Shown here piece by piece: positions 1 to 8,513 of a stretch of 32,000 bases of DNA (its first letter is position 1; the number at the start of each line of letters is the position of its first letter). Under the pieces are notes generated by a model. That model saw nothing but the letters and a program-made list of their open reading frames with translations, made no database searches and was not told where the DNA came from. Where the stretch lies: the NCBI GenBank assembly GCA_041661045.1, contig JBAZVE010000001.1:810001-842000 (forward strand), in the 5' to 3' direction. The position numbers and the translations under genes were made by a program. This stretch comes from Candidatus Saccharimonadota bacterium (GTDB lineage Bacteria > Patescibacteriota > Gracilibacteria > UBA1369 > 2-02-FULL-48-14).

Positions 1-896
1 CCACAGCTACGCGTTGGCAAAAATTCAAACCGCTGCTTTCTTTTAACGGAGGGCGATTGATTTCCTACTTCTTTTTGGGTGGACTGGTTGGTTTGCTCGG
101 GCAATCTCTTACTCTCAGTCCCTCTGTGACGGGTGTCCTTAATATTGTGGTGGCCCTGCTCATGTTCTTTTTGGCACTCTCCATTTTAAAGATTCTCCCC
201 AAGAATCATTTTATTGCACGACCGCCCAAGTGGTTCACCCATTGGATTGCCGGACTTTCTGAGCATCCGCATCCTTTTGCACCGCTGCTTTTGGGGGCGC
301 TGACCTTCTTTTTACCCTGCGGCTTCACGCAATCTTTACAGATTTCCGCTTTGGCCTCCGGCAGTTTTGTGGAAGGAGCTTTGACGCTGTTTGTGTTTGC
401 CTTGGGGACTTTGCCGGCTTTGCTCGGCATCAGTGCAATCTCTTCTTATGCCAAAGGCCGAACCGCTCGACTTTTTCTACGATTTTCCGGGACGCTTGTC
501 CTGGTTTTGGCTCTTTTCAACTTGAAAAGCGGACTGGTGCTCAGTGGCGTGGACATGAGTGCTTTTTTGCCCCAGTCCAGTGTGGAAGAACAGGAAAATG
601 CCGTGACGATGGTGGATGGAGTTCAAGTCATTCACTTGCAGGCGTCTGCGTATGGATACTCCCCAAGCTCGGTGACGATTGCCGCCGGTACCCCCACACG
701 AATTGAAGTGGAGTCTTTGGACAATCTTTATGGCTGTGCGGCTGCGATCACGGTACCGAAGTTTGGTTTTGGGGAATATTTGAGCCCCGGCACCACCATT
801 ACGCTCGGGTTCATTGAAGATCCTCAAGAAGATTTCATCATCACCTGCTCCATGGGCATGGTGAGCACTAATGTTAAAGTTATTTCTAATCTTTAA
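1..896 (+). CDS. Polytopic membrane protein (TauE/SafE-like permease) fused to a C-terminal cupredoxin-like domain; 5' end probably off-window
   Basis: Frame 3 is open from base 3 with no stop before the listed TTG at 57, so the gene is likely truncated by the window edge. It has multiple hydrophobic helices including FFLPCGFTQS. The C-terminal ~100 aa form a beta-rich domain with Cys/Met ligand candidates (YGCAAAITVP, ITCSMGMV). It lies directly upstream of copZ/copA. Confidence 0.55.
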   Translation, partial: TATRWQKFKPLLSFNGGRLISYFFLGGLVGLLGQSLTLSPSVTGVLNIVVALLMFFLALSILKILPKNHFIARPPKWFTHWIAGLSEHPHPFAPLLLGALTFFLPCGFTQSLQISALASGSFVEGALTLFVFALGTLPALLGISAISSYAKGRTARLFLRFSGTLVLVLALFNLKSGLVLSGVDMSAFLPQSSVEEQENAVTMVDGVQVIHLQASAYGYSPSSVTIAAGTPTRIEVESLDNLYGCAAAITVPKFGFGEYLSPGTTITLGFIEDPQEDFIITCSMGMVSTNVKVISNL

Positions 897-907
897 ACTT
901 TTTTATT

Positions 908-1123
908 ATGAAAACAACAGTATCTATTCCCGGCATGCACTGTAACTCGTGCGCCACGACGGTTAAAGAAGTGAGCAGTGATTTCCCGGCGATCCAAACC
1001 GTTGAAGTGAATTTGGAGACGAAGGTGGTCTCCGTGGAACACGACGAAAACTTTGATTTGGCCGCGTGGACGGAGGAAATTGAAGCTTTGGGAGAGGAGT
1101 ACCGTGTGGAGTCCCATTCTTAA
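908..1123 (+). CDS. copZ: Heavy-metal-associated (HMA) copper chaperone, CopZ-like
   Basis: 71 aa. GMHCNSCATTV is the canonical MxCxxC metal-binding loop of the HMA fold. The gene ends 9 nt upstream of the P-type ATPase. Confidence 0.85.
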   Translation: MKTTVSIPGMHCNSCATTVKEVSSDFPAIQTVEVNLETKVVSVEHDENFDLAAWTEEIEALGEEYRVESHS

Positions 1124-1132
1124 CCCATTTTT

Positions 1133-3310
1133 ATGAAGGATCGATTGCTTCTTTCTATTGATGGGATGCACTGCAGCAGTTGTGCGGCTTTGATCACTAG
1201 AAAACTAAAAAAAACGCCGGGCGTTGAGGAAGCCAATGTTAACTTTGCTTCGGCGCGCGCGAGGATTGAATTTGATTCTGATAAGGTGCAAGTGGAGGGG
1301 CTTTTATCGGCGGTTAAGGCCGCCGGTTACAAGGCTACTGTGGCGGATGAGAAGGATAGGGATGCCGAAAAAAAACGAGCGGAAAAGGAAATGAAAATGT
1401 ATAAAAAGAAATTTTTATTCGCCTTGGTCTTGAGTTTGCCCATGCTTTATTCCATGTTTGATCCGCGGGCTTCCGTGCTCTCCTTCTTTTTGGCCACACC
1501 CATTCAGTTTTGGCTTGGAGCCGGATTTTATCGGTCGGCTTGGTCCACTTTAAAGATGAAGTCCTTCAACATGGACAGTTTGATTGTGATTGGGACTTCG
1601 ACCGCTTATTTTTATAGTGTTTATCAGTTTTTATCGGGGGCAGAAGAACTTTATTTTGAAGTCGCGGCTTTGCTTATTACTTTTGTGCTTTTTGGTAAAT
1701 GGTTGGAATCCAAGGCCAAAGGTAAGACGGGAGAAGCCATACAAAAACTCATGGGGATGCAGGCCAAGACCGCGCGGGTTTTGCGTGAAGGAGTAGCCGT
1801 GGATATTCCTGTTGAAGAAGTGCTTGTGGGGGATATTGTTTTGGTTCGTCCCGGTGAAAAAATCCCTGTGGATGGAGTGATTGTTAAGGGCAGCTCTTCG
1901 GTGGATGAATCCATGCTCACGGGAGAAAGTATTCCTGTCGAAAAAAATCCGGAGTCCAAAGTTTTTGGAGCTACCATGAATGGTCACGGAAGTTTTGAAT
2001 TCCGTGCGGAAAAAGTTGGGGCAGACACCATGCTCGCACAAATCGTTCATTTTGTGGAAGACGCACAGGGGTCCAAGGCTCCCATTCAGGCTTTTGCGGA
2101 TGCGGTTTCGGCTTGGTTTGTTCCCGCAGTGATTGGGGTCGCTTTGCTCACCCTTATTGTATGGCTTTTGCTTGGGGCGGAGTTGAGCAGGGCTTTGCTG
2201 GCTTTTGTTTCTGTGATTGTGATTGCGTGTCCTTGTGCGCTTGGACTTGCGACGCCCACCAGCATCATTGTGGGAACGGGGAAGGGTGCTGAGAATGGAA
2301 TTTTGATTCGGGGTGGGGAAGCGTTGGAGGCGGCTAAAGCCGTCGACACGATTGTTTTTGATAAAACAGGAACTTTGACCAAGGGGCGACCCGAACTCAC
2401 GGATTTGATTCCTTTGCAGGGGAGTCGTGATCAGGCACTTAAGTGGGCGGCCAGCTTGGAACAGAATTCGGAACATCCGCTTGCGGACGCGATTGTGCGA
2501 TATGCAAAACAAGAAAATGTTGAGCTGGCCGCGGTGGAAAGCTTTAAAGCTATCCCCGGGCATGGAGTGGAGGGCACGGTGGATGGGCAGAAATTGTATT
2601 TTGGAAACCGAAAACTTTTGGAAAAGATTGGTCAGCTTGATTCTCTTAAAGAACAGGTCCTCATGCCTTTGGAGGAACAAGGAAAGACCGTTATGATCCT
2701 GGCGAATGAGCAGAAGGTTCTGGCCTTGGTGGCGGTTTCGGATGTTGCTAAAGAAAGTTCGAGTGAGGCTTTGACTCTGCTTAAACGGATGGGGATGAAA
2801 ATTTTTATGATCACCGGAGACAATAAGCGGACGGCGAAGGCTTTAGCTCAAACCCTTGGGATAGAAAATGTTCTTGCAGAGGTGCTTCCTCAAGATAAGG
2901 CGAATGAAGTAAAGAAACTTCAGGCTCTGGGGCATAAGGTGGCCATGGTGGGGGATGGTATCAACGACAGCCCCGCGCTTGCTCAGGCAGATTTGGGTAT
3001 TTCAATGGGGAGTGGTACGGATATTGCCATGGAAACGGGGGGCATCGTTTTGGTAAAAAATGATCTTCGGGATATTGTTACTGCCCTTAAATTGAGTCAT
3101 GCCACCGTCAGAAAAATTAAACAAAACATGTTTTTTGCTCTGATTTACAATGTTATTGGTATTCCCATTGCGGCCGGACTGTTTTCGGATTTTGGTTTAG
3201 TTTTGCGCCCCGAACTTGCGGGCTTGGCCATGGCGCTCAGTTCCGTTTCTGTGGTCACAAATTCTTTGCTCTTAAAACGGTTCCGGCCTGATAAGTTCAA
3301 TCGACTCTAA
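1133..3310 (+). CDS. copA: Copper-translocating P1B-type ATPase
   Basis: 725 aa with an N-terminal HMA domain (GMHCSSCA). Motifs present: TGES (MLTGESIPV), CPC membrane metal site ([11 protein letters not shown]), DKTGT phosphorylation site (FDKTGTLT), SEHPL and the [10 protein letters not shown] hinge. Confidence 0.95.
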   Translation: MKDRLLLSIDGMHCSSCAALITRKLKKTPGVEEANVNFASARARIEFDSDKVQVEGLLSAVKAAGYKATVADEKDRDAEKKRAEKEMKMYKKKFLFALVLSLPMLYSMFDPRASVLSFFLATPIQFWLGAGFYRSAWSTLKMKSFNMDSLIVIGTSTAYFYSVYQFLSGAEELYFEVAALLITFVLFGKWLESKAKGKTGEAIQKLMGMQAKTARVLREGVAVDIPVEEVLVGDIVLVRPGEKIPVDGVIVKGSSSVDESMLTGESIPVEKNPESKVFGATMNGHGSFEFRAEKVGADTMLAQIVHFVEDAQGSKAPIQAFADAVSAWFVPAVIGVALLTLIVWLLLGAELSRALLAFVSVIVIACPCALGLATPTSIIVGTGKGAENGILIRGGEALEAAKAVDTIVFDKTGTLTKGRPELTDLIPLQGSRDQALKWAASLEQNSEHPLADAIVRYAKQENVELAAVESFKAIPGHGVEGTVDGQKLYFGNRKLLEKIGQLDSLKEQVLMPLEEQGKTVMILANEQKVLALVAVSDVAKESSSEALTLLKRMGMKIFMITGDNKRTAKALAQTLGIENVLAEVLPQDKANEVKKLQALGHKVAMVGDGINDSPALAQADLGISMGSGTDIAMETGGIVLVKNDLRDIVTALKLSHATVRKIKQNMFFALIYNVIGIPIAAGLFSDFGLVLRPELAGLAMALSSVSVVTNSLLLKRFRPDKFNRL

Positions 3311-3783
3311 AATATTTTTCTGAAGCGGTGGCAGTAAGGGGCGTGGCCGTTGGTGGCGTAGTAGTTCTGGTGATACAGCTCCGCGGCATAAAATGGTTTT
3401 GCGGGGAGGAGAAGTGTTGCAACCGAGTATCCCTTGTCCGTCAGGACTTGGACGATGTGCTCGGCAATGGACTTTTCCTCCTCGTTTCCATAAAAAATGG
3501 CGGAACGATATTGAGGCCCACGGTCCGGGCCCTGTCCGTCTTTTTGCTCAAAATCGTGAATTTCAAAAAAATATTTCACCAAGGCTTCGTAAGAAACTTT
3601 CTTGGGATCGTAGCTTACTTCAATCGCTTCAAAATGTCCCGTGGCGTGCGAGCAGACTTGTTCGTATGAGGGATTGGGTCGGTCTCCGCCCGTGTAGCCC
3701 ACCACCGAGGTCTCCACACCTTGCAGTTTGTCGAAATAAAATTGAACTCCCCAGAAACATCCGGCGGCAAAAAGTGCTTTCAT
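3307..3783 (-). CDS. msrA: Peptide methionine-S-sulfoxide reductase
   Basis: 158 aa with the catalytic GCFWG motif near the N-terminus, plus GYTGG and [11 protein letters not shown] blocks typical of MsrA. Its stop overlaps the copA stop on the opposite strand (CTAA, 3307-3310). Confidence 0.9.
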   Translation of the reverse strand: MKALFAAGCFWGVQFYFDKLQGVETSVVGYTGGDRPNPSYEQVCSHATGHFEAIEVSYDPKKVSYEALVKYFFEIHDFEQKDGQGPDRGPQYRSAIFYGNEEEKSIAEHIVQVLTDKGYSVATLLLPAKPFYAAELYHQNYYATNGHAPYCHRFRKIF

Positions 3784-3785
3784 GT

Positions 3786-4280
3786 TTAGCGGTAATTATT
3801 AAAATCCACCGGCAGCGGCAGGGTTTTATCTGCGCGGAGCATGGCAATGATTTCTTGGAGTTCATCGCGGGATTTTGAACTCACTCGCACGGATTCCCCT
3901 TGAATGCTGGGCTTTGCTTTTGGAAATTTGTCGCGAATCAATTTGGAGATTTGTTTGGCCATTTCCTGATCCAAGGTTTTGATGAGTTTGATTTCGTACC
4001 GTACCAAGTTGCCCCCAATTTTTTCGAGATCTCCTTTCTTGAGCACCTTGGGTGAAAGCTTTCGGTTGATCATTCTTTGCAGCAAAATACCCCAGGCGGT
4101 TTCCAGCGACATCTCGCTGGGCGCGGTGATGCTTATTTTTTCATCGGTGAGCTCCAGTTCAATATGCAGATCTTTTAAATCAAAGCGAACCGCAATCTCT
4201 TTTTTGGTCTGCTCAAAGGCATTGCGCACCTCTTGGAGGTCAAACTGACTGACGATGTCCATGGAGGAGTCGGAGGGCAT
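3786..4280 (-). CDS. yajQ: YajQ/UPF0234 family nucleotide-binding protein
   Basis: 164 aa. The N-terminal DIVSQFDLQEVRNAFEQTKKEIAVRFDLKD and overall length match the YajQ family. The gene ends 2 nt before the msrA start, so the two likely form an operon. Confidence 0.8.
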   Translation of the reverse strand: MPSDSSMDIVSQFDLQEVRNAFEQTKKEIAVRFDLKDLHIELELTDEKISITAPSEMSLETAWGILLQRMINRKLSPKVLKKGDLEKIGGNLVRYEIKLIKTLDQEMAKQISKLIRDKFPKAKPSIQGESVRVSSKSRDELQEIIAMLRADKTLPLPVDFNNYR

Positions 4281-4302
4281 ACATTTTTCTTGAGAGGACT
4301 CT

Positions 4303-4330
4303 AGTATAAACCAATCTTTTCACTTGGCAA
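4303..4330 (-). promoter_or_regulatory. Sigma70-type promoter for yajQ-msrA (TTGCCA-N16-TATACT)
   Basis: Minus-strand TTGCCA (4325-4330), a 16-nt spacer, then TATACT (4303-4308). This lies 22 nt upstream of the yajQ ATG at 4280. Confidence 0.45.
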
Positions 4331-4369
4331 AACTTGCCGAGTAGGGGTAGGCTGACTCCTAATTTTATT

Positions 4370-6193
4370 ATGGCACCCCGTAAACGAACATTTCCAGATT
4401 CATCCGCGCGTTTCGAACACTTTCTACCAGATGATGGGGCTGAATATGCGCGCTATGTTGCACTTAATCCTGCACATGATTTTGATTCAAGAGATGCGCG
4501 CGGGAGAGAGGAACTTCAAAAAGTTTTCTTTGATCGAGATGGTAAGCCTAGAGAGAATGATAATCAGGTGGTTCAGTTGGCAAATCTATTTCAAGCATCC
4601 ATAAGAACACGCTTGGCACAAATAGCTGGGAACCGTGCTTGGTCTAGAAGTCGTGCTGGAGGAAAAACTGATTTTGCTGCTTCTCCGCGTACTTTTTGGA
4701 AAACGGCGCAAGAAATGCTCACGGCTCCTGCTGATCGAGTTTTGATAAGCCGAAGTATGACGGCTCAGCAAGTGCTTGCCGCTTTGGTGGTAGATGCGCG
4801 TCTCATTACTCCTGTACTGCTCCGCAATCTTGGTATTGCAGATCCGGTGGATGAAAAGGGACTGCCTTTGGAAGATCAACTCACTCTGCGTGCTCGAGCC
4901 ATTCCGGATGTGAAAAGCGCCCTGACACACCTTGAACCCATTCGTCGTCCCGATGAAGCGGAGGCCACTTTGGGAGATCTGCATTATTTCCGTATGATGC
5001 GCGTATCAGCGGGGGAGAGAGAGGGCATGGTGGTTGGGACTCAGACGATTGGAGGACAGAAAATTTTATTCAGTACGGATTTGCGCGGAGCGGAGAGACG
5101 CATTCATCATATTCGTCACAACTATGAAGAGGAGATTGAAAAACTCACCTGGATTCAGGGTGTTATTCAGAATCTACGAGACCATTTGGCTTTTTGGAAA
5201 AATCCAGAACGGCGAGCAGACTTGGAACAACTCTTTGCCACCATGGTTCAAATCGTGGACTCCCTGGAGCATGTTGAAGATGATAATAAGCGTAAGTTAC
5301 TCAAACAACTGGAAGCGTGTACGGATGTGAACGATTCTCGCGGGCGGCCCAATCCAAGTAGCAAACCATCTCAACTCAAGAAAGCACTTGAATTTCTTGG
5401 TCTTCGTCTACGAAGCATTGAATCCATTTCTAAATACATTGGCGAGGACCATGTTAAGGTACTGGAAGTGCTGGCCGCGCAAAAAGATCCGCTTGAGGGA
5501 GTGCGTGAACGCATACAAGTGAAAATGCCGTGGGATGTTCAGGTTCAAGAATTTCGTAATTCCATGGAGGGAGTGCATTATCAGCCGGATCTTGGTTTTG
5601 CTCAACAGGCGCAGACTCATGTGGATCAGATTAATGAGGGCTTGGCTACCGGTCAAAGGCGGGCAGCTCGCAAGGAATATGTGGACCTTTATGTGCTGTG
5701 TAAAATGAAGGAAGCTTATGACAGTATTTGGGATATTTACCGCCGTATTTCCATCCAGCCCGAGCAGCAAGATCCGCGTAAAATATTAAATGAACTTTTG
5801 GCCATTGAGGGGAAATTGCGAGACAAGAGTTTTTCTTCAGACTTTGAAACGGAAGCTTACTATGATGCTTATGGAAAAATGTATCACCTTATAAATAGTC
5901 TTAAGAAACGCTTGAATGAACTGTTGAACCCTGACTCAGTGCAGCCGCTCTCTGAGGAAGAAGTGGCCAGTGAAAATAAAACTTTGCTCGGTCTTTTACA
6001 GGGACTTCAAGGGCAGTCGGAGGTGCTCGACCGCTTGCTTGCAACTGTGAAAGCCAAGCCTCAACAAAACATGCTCGATCTTTTAAGGGCGCAGGAAGAG
6101 GTGGATCCTGAACGAAAACGCGAAACCTTCAAGCTCATGAAGGCACGCATTGCGGAGATGGATCTTCAAGCATTTGTTTGCCCTGAGCGCTAA
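4370..6193 (+). CDS. Large orphan protein (~607 aa), predicted mostly alpha-helical, no recognised domain
   Basis: Long uninterrupted ORF. The ORF track starts at TTG 4334, but the first ATG is at 4370 (MAPRKRT...). I recognise no catalytic or binding motif. Confidence 0.6.
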   Translation: MAPRKRTFPDSSARFEHFLPDDGAEYARYVALNPAHDFDSRDARGREELQKVFFDRDGKPRENDNQVVQLANLFQASIRTRLAQIAGNRAWSRSRAGGKTDFAASPRTFWKTAQEMLTAPADRVLISRSMTAQQVLAALVVDARLITPVLLRNLGIADPVDEKGLPLEDQLTLRARAIPDVKSALTHLEPIRRPDEAEATLGDLHYFRMMRVSAGEREGMVVGTQTIGGQKILFSTDLRGAERRIHHIRHNYEEEIEKLTWIQGVIQNLRDHLAFWKNPERRADLEQLFATMVQIVDSLEHVEDDNKRKLLKQLEACTDVNDSRGRPNPSSKPSQLKKALEFLGLRLRSIESISKYIGEDHVKVLEVLAAQKDPLEGVRERIQVKMPWDVQVQEFRNSMEGVHYQPDLGFAQQAQTHVDQINEGLATGQRRAARKEYVDLYVLCKMKEAYDSIWDIYRRISIQPEQQDPRKILNELLAIEGKLRDKSFSSDFETEAYYDAYGKMYHLINSLKKRLNELLNPDSVQPLSEEEVASENKTLLGLLQGLQGQSEVLDRLLATVKAKPQQNMLDLLRAQEEVDPERKRETFKLMKARIAEMDLQAFVCPER

Positions 6194-6249
6194 AATCGGG
6201 TACACTCCTCTCGTAATCATCACGAAGAGCGCCTTTTAAGGGTCGGTCC

Positions 6250-6774
6250 TTACTGGGTTCTCTTCTTTTTAAATTTGCTTGTGGCTTCGGCTTGGTAACT
6301 CAACTTTTTGCGCAAGTCACTGATGAAAGCCAAGCTTTCGGAAGGGAAGCGCTTGAGTAGGGCGGAGTAGGCGCGTTGGTTGGGAATCAGCAGTTTGCCG
6401 AGTTTTTTTTCTTGTATTAAATACTTGGCCAAACAGTGAAAATCGCCGTCACCGGTCACGATCACTGCTTTTTCATAGTTTTTAGATTCCACCATGGCTT
6501 GCAAAACCAATTCGGCATCGCAGTTTCCTTTGGTGATTCCGTTGTGCACCAGTGTGGGTTTGTACACACAAGTAAAACCGGCTTCGGTTAAGGCTTTGTA
6601 CAGGTCGGCGTTCTCTTCAAGAAAGCCTATGAATAAAAAGGCCTTGGAGATTTGGTATTTATCTTTTAAATAAGCCCGGAACTTCCTGTAGTCCAGTTTC
6701 CAGCCCAGTTCCCTAATGCTTAAGTTGAGGTTCTGACCGTCTATAAACGCGTAATTGTTCTCTCTCGTTTTCAT
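6250..6774 (-). CDS. NYN-domain (LabA/DUF88-like) predicted RNase
   Basis: 174 aa. The N-terminal YAFIDGQNL and later VIVTGDGDF acidic motifs are characteristic of the NYN/PIN-like nuclease fold. Confidence 0.75.
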   Translation of the reverse strand: MKTRENNYAFIDGQNLNLSIRELGWKLDYRKFRAYLKDKYQISKAFLFIGFLEENADLYKALTEAGFTCVYKPTLVHNGITKGNCDAELVLQAMVESKNYEKAVIVTGDGDFHCLAKYLIQEKKLGKLLIPNQRAYSALLKRFPSESLAFISDLRKKLSYQAEATSKFKKKRTQ

Positions 6775-6844
6775 TTTTATTTTACTCTAACACTATTAGT
6801 ATACTCTACTTTCTCAAATTTAGCTATCAATATCCGCAATAAAC

Positions 6845-6878
6845 AAAAATCCCCAGGTTTAATCCCGGGGATTTTTTT
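6845..6878 (-). terminator. Rho-independent terminator downstream of the cold-shock gene
   Basis: Hairpin ATCCCCAGG / CCCGGGGAT (one mismatch) at about 6849-6872, flanked by an A-run and a T-run. On the minus strand the stem is followed by TTTTTG. It sits about 20 nt after the csp stop. Confidence 0.6.
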
Positions 6879-6896
6879 GCTTTGGCTGACTTATAA

Positions 6897-7157
6897 TTAA
6901 GCCGCTTCAGACTCGTCTGCTTCAGAAGCAAAGTTGTCATTGTTGTTTGCTGCTTCCATCCCATCTTCGAGAACGACTTTGACCGCTTTAGGTCCTTTGT
7001 CGGATTGAGCTGTTTCAAAAGAAACGGCATCACCTTCTCTCATGGTCGTGAAAACGCCTTCTCCACAATCGTTGGCATGGAAGAAGATGTCCTTCTGTCC
7101 TTCGATTGAAATAAAACCGAACCCTTTTTCGTCTAACTTTTTGATAATACCTTTCAT
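6897..7157 (-). CDS. Cold-shock domain protein with an acidic C-terminal tail
   Basis: 86 aa. KGFGFI (RNP1-like) and FFH (RNP2-like) motifs of the CspA family, followed by a roughly 20-aa acidic extension. Confidence 0.85.
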   Translation of the reverse strand: MKGIIKKLDEKGFGFISIEGQKDIFFHANDCGEGVFTTMREGDAVSFETAQSDKGPKAVKVVLEDGMEAANNNDNFASEADESEAA

Positions 7158-7253
7158 AGAATGTGTTTGTGGCTTGCACCACCGTTATTCCCTCAGCCTC
7201 CGCAATGCTTTAGCTATAGGATATAGGATAAATGTCCTATTTAGGGTTTGACA

Positions 7254-7682
7254 CTACGCTAAAATAGAGGCTGCGTCAATGGCCCACCTATGACTTTCGT
7301 GGAAGAGTTTTTCAAGGACTTCCTCCCTTGTGAGCCAGAGGAGTTCATGATTGGTCTCGCTGGTCTCGCTCACTTGATCCAAAAGAGTGGCTTGATAGAA
7401 ATGCCCCTCTTTGGAAATGTAAAGGTCTGCTTCGGGTGCAAATAGGTGCTGGGTGGCGATACCGATTTTTTTATCGATGCGGATGCTCATTCCAATTTCC
7501 TCCAACACCTCTCGGTGCAGGGCTTCTTCCGGAGTTTCGTCTCCTTCTATTCCTCCACCCAAAAGAAAACAACTTTTTGGATTTTGAACGATGGCATAGA
7601 GGCCATTTTTAAGGATCACTGCATAGGCTCCGGGCCGTTCCAGGTAAGTTTGGTTTGGAATTTTTTCACCGAATTCAATCAT
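7254..7682 (-). CDS. NUDIX hydrolase
   Basis: 142 aa. Complete Nudix box GX5EX7REVXEEXG read as GGIEGDETPEEALHREVLEEIG. Confidence 0.85.
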   Translation of the reverse strand: MIEFGEKIPNQTYLERPGAYAVILKNGLYAIVQNPKSCFLLGGGIEGDETPEEALHREVLEEIGMSIRIDKKIGIATQHLFAPEADLYISKEGHFYQATLLDQVSETSETNHELLWLTREEVLEKLFHESHRWAIDAASILA

Positions 7683-7745
7683 TTGATAGACTTTTATGAT
7701 ATTCTCCCCTATAGTAAGCCGCTTGTCACTTAAAAACCTAGTCCC

Positions 7746-8390
7746 ATGTACAAAAAGTTTGATAAAGAAAAACGACCCAGTCGAGATAGAGAGCTAACGC
7801 TTTACGAAGCGGAATGCGCGGAATGTGGGGACCGTTGTGAAGTTCCGTTTAGGCCTACAGGAAACCGACCGGTGTTTTGTCGAGACTGTTTCCGTAAGCA
7901 AGAAAATGAAGGAGAGCCACGATTTGAATCTCGAGGCCGTTCGGACCGTCAGGATCGTTTTGATCGCCCAGATCGCTCGGATCGTCAAGATCGCTCCGAA
8001 AAACGACTCTACTCCGCCACTTGTAGCAGCTGTCAAAGTGATTGTGAGGTTCCCTTTAAACCTACTTTTGGAAGACCGGTGTACTGTCATCGTTGTATGG
8101 GTGCGCAGAATAGCCCAATGGCACAGGCTTCCACTCCCGCTTCCACCGGTTCCGGATTTAAAATTTCTGAGGAGCAATTCAAGACTTTGAACGCAAAGAT
8201 GGATAAAATTTTAAGGATCTTAGAATTGGCTACTCAAGACATGGAAGAGGATGATATGCTTGAAGAGGTCGATGAGGCTCCTGCTGAGGCACCTGCTAAA
8301 AAGAAAGCGGCTGCCAAGAAAGAGCCGGCGGCTAAAAAGAAGCCCACTCGAGCTCAAGTGAAAAGAGCGGAGCGCACGGGGCGGGCTTAA
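7746..8390 (+). CDS. CxxC-x17-CxxC domain protein (two zinc-ribbon modules, DR-rich linker, Lys/Ala-rich tail)
   Basis: Two copies of C-x2-C-x(17)-C-x2-C (CAECGDRCEVPFRPTGNRPVFCRDC and CSSCQSDCEVPFKPTFGRPVYCHRC). They are separated by an RSDRQDRFDRPDRSDRQDRS repeat. The C-terminus is PAKKKAAAKKEPAAKKKP. Confidence 0.7.
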   Translation: MYKKFDKEKRPSRDRELTLYEAECAECGDRCEVPFRPTGNRPVFCRDCFRKQENEGEPRFESRGRSDRQDRFDRPDRSDRQDRSEKRLYSATCSSCQSDCEVPFKPTFGRPVYCHRCMGAQNSPMAQASTPASTGSGFKISEEQFKTLNAKMDKILRILELATQDMEEDDMLEEVDEAPAEAPAKKKAAAKKEPAAKKKPTRAQVKRAERTGRA

Positions 8391-8513
8391 ATCTTTACTT
8401 ATTATAAATATGGCAAAAGGTTTTGGAACTCGTGGCGAGAAAGGAAAGAAACTTCCCATGCGCTCTAAAAAAGAGAAGCAGGCTGTGAAGCGCGCAAAAC
8501 AGGGGCGATAAGC

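Noticed and set aside
1631-2680. 349-aa minus-strand ORF (plus other antisense ORFs at 1651-1977 and 2086-2400) inside copA
   Set aside because: It lies entirely antisense to a P-type ATPase gene with all canonical motifs. The translation is low-complexity (Arg/Ser/Pro/Asn-rich) with no recognisable features. This is a typical shadow ORF.
5245-5254. GGTTCAAATC, resembling a tRNA T-arm/T-loop
   Set aside because: It is embedded in the middle of the 607-aa ORF, with no flanking acceptor, D or anticodon stems. No other tRNA-like T-loop context was seen in the intergenic regions.
7920-8000. Cluster of short GATCG-containing repeats that could look like a tiny repeat array
   Set aside because: The units are about 12-15 nt and irregular. 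They lie inside the CxxC protein ORF, where they encode the DR-rich linker. There are no spacers and no CRISPR-like repeat length.
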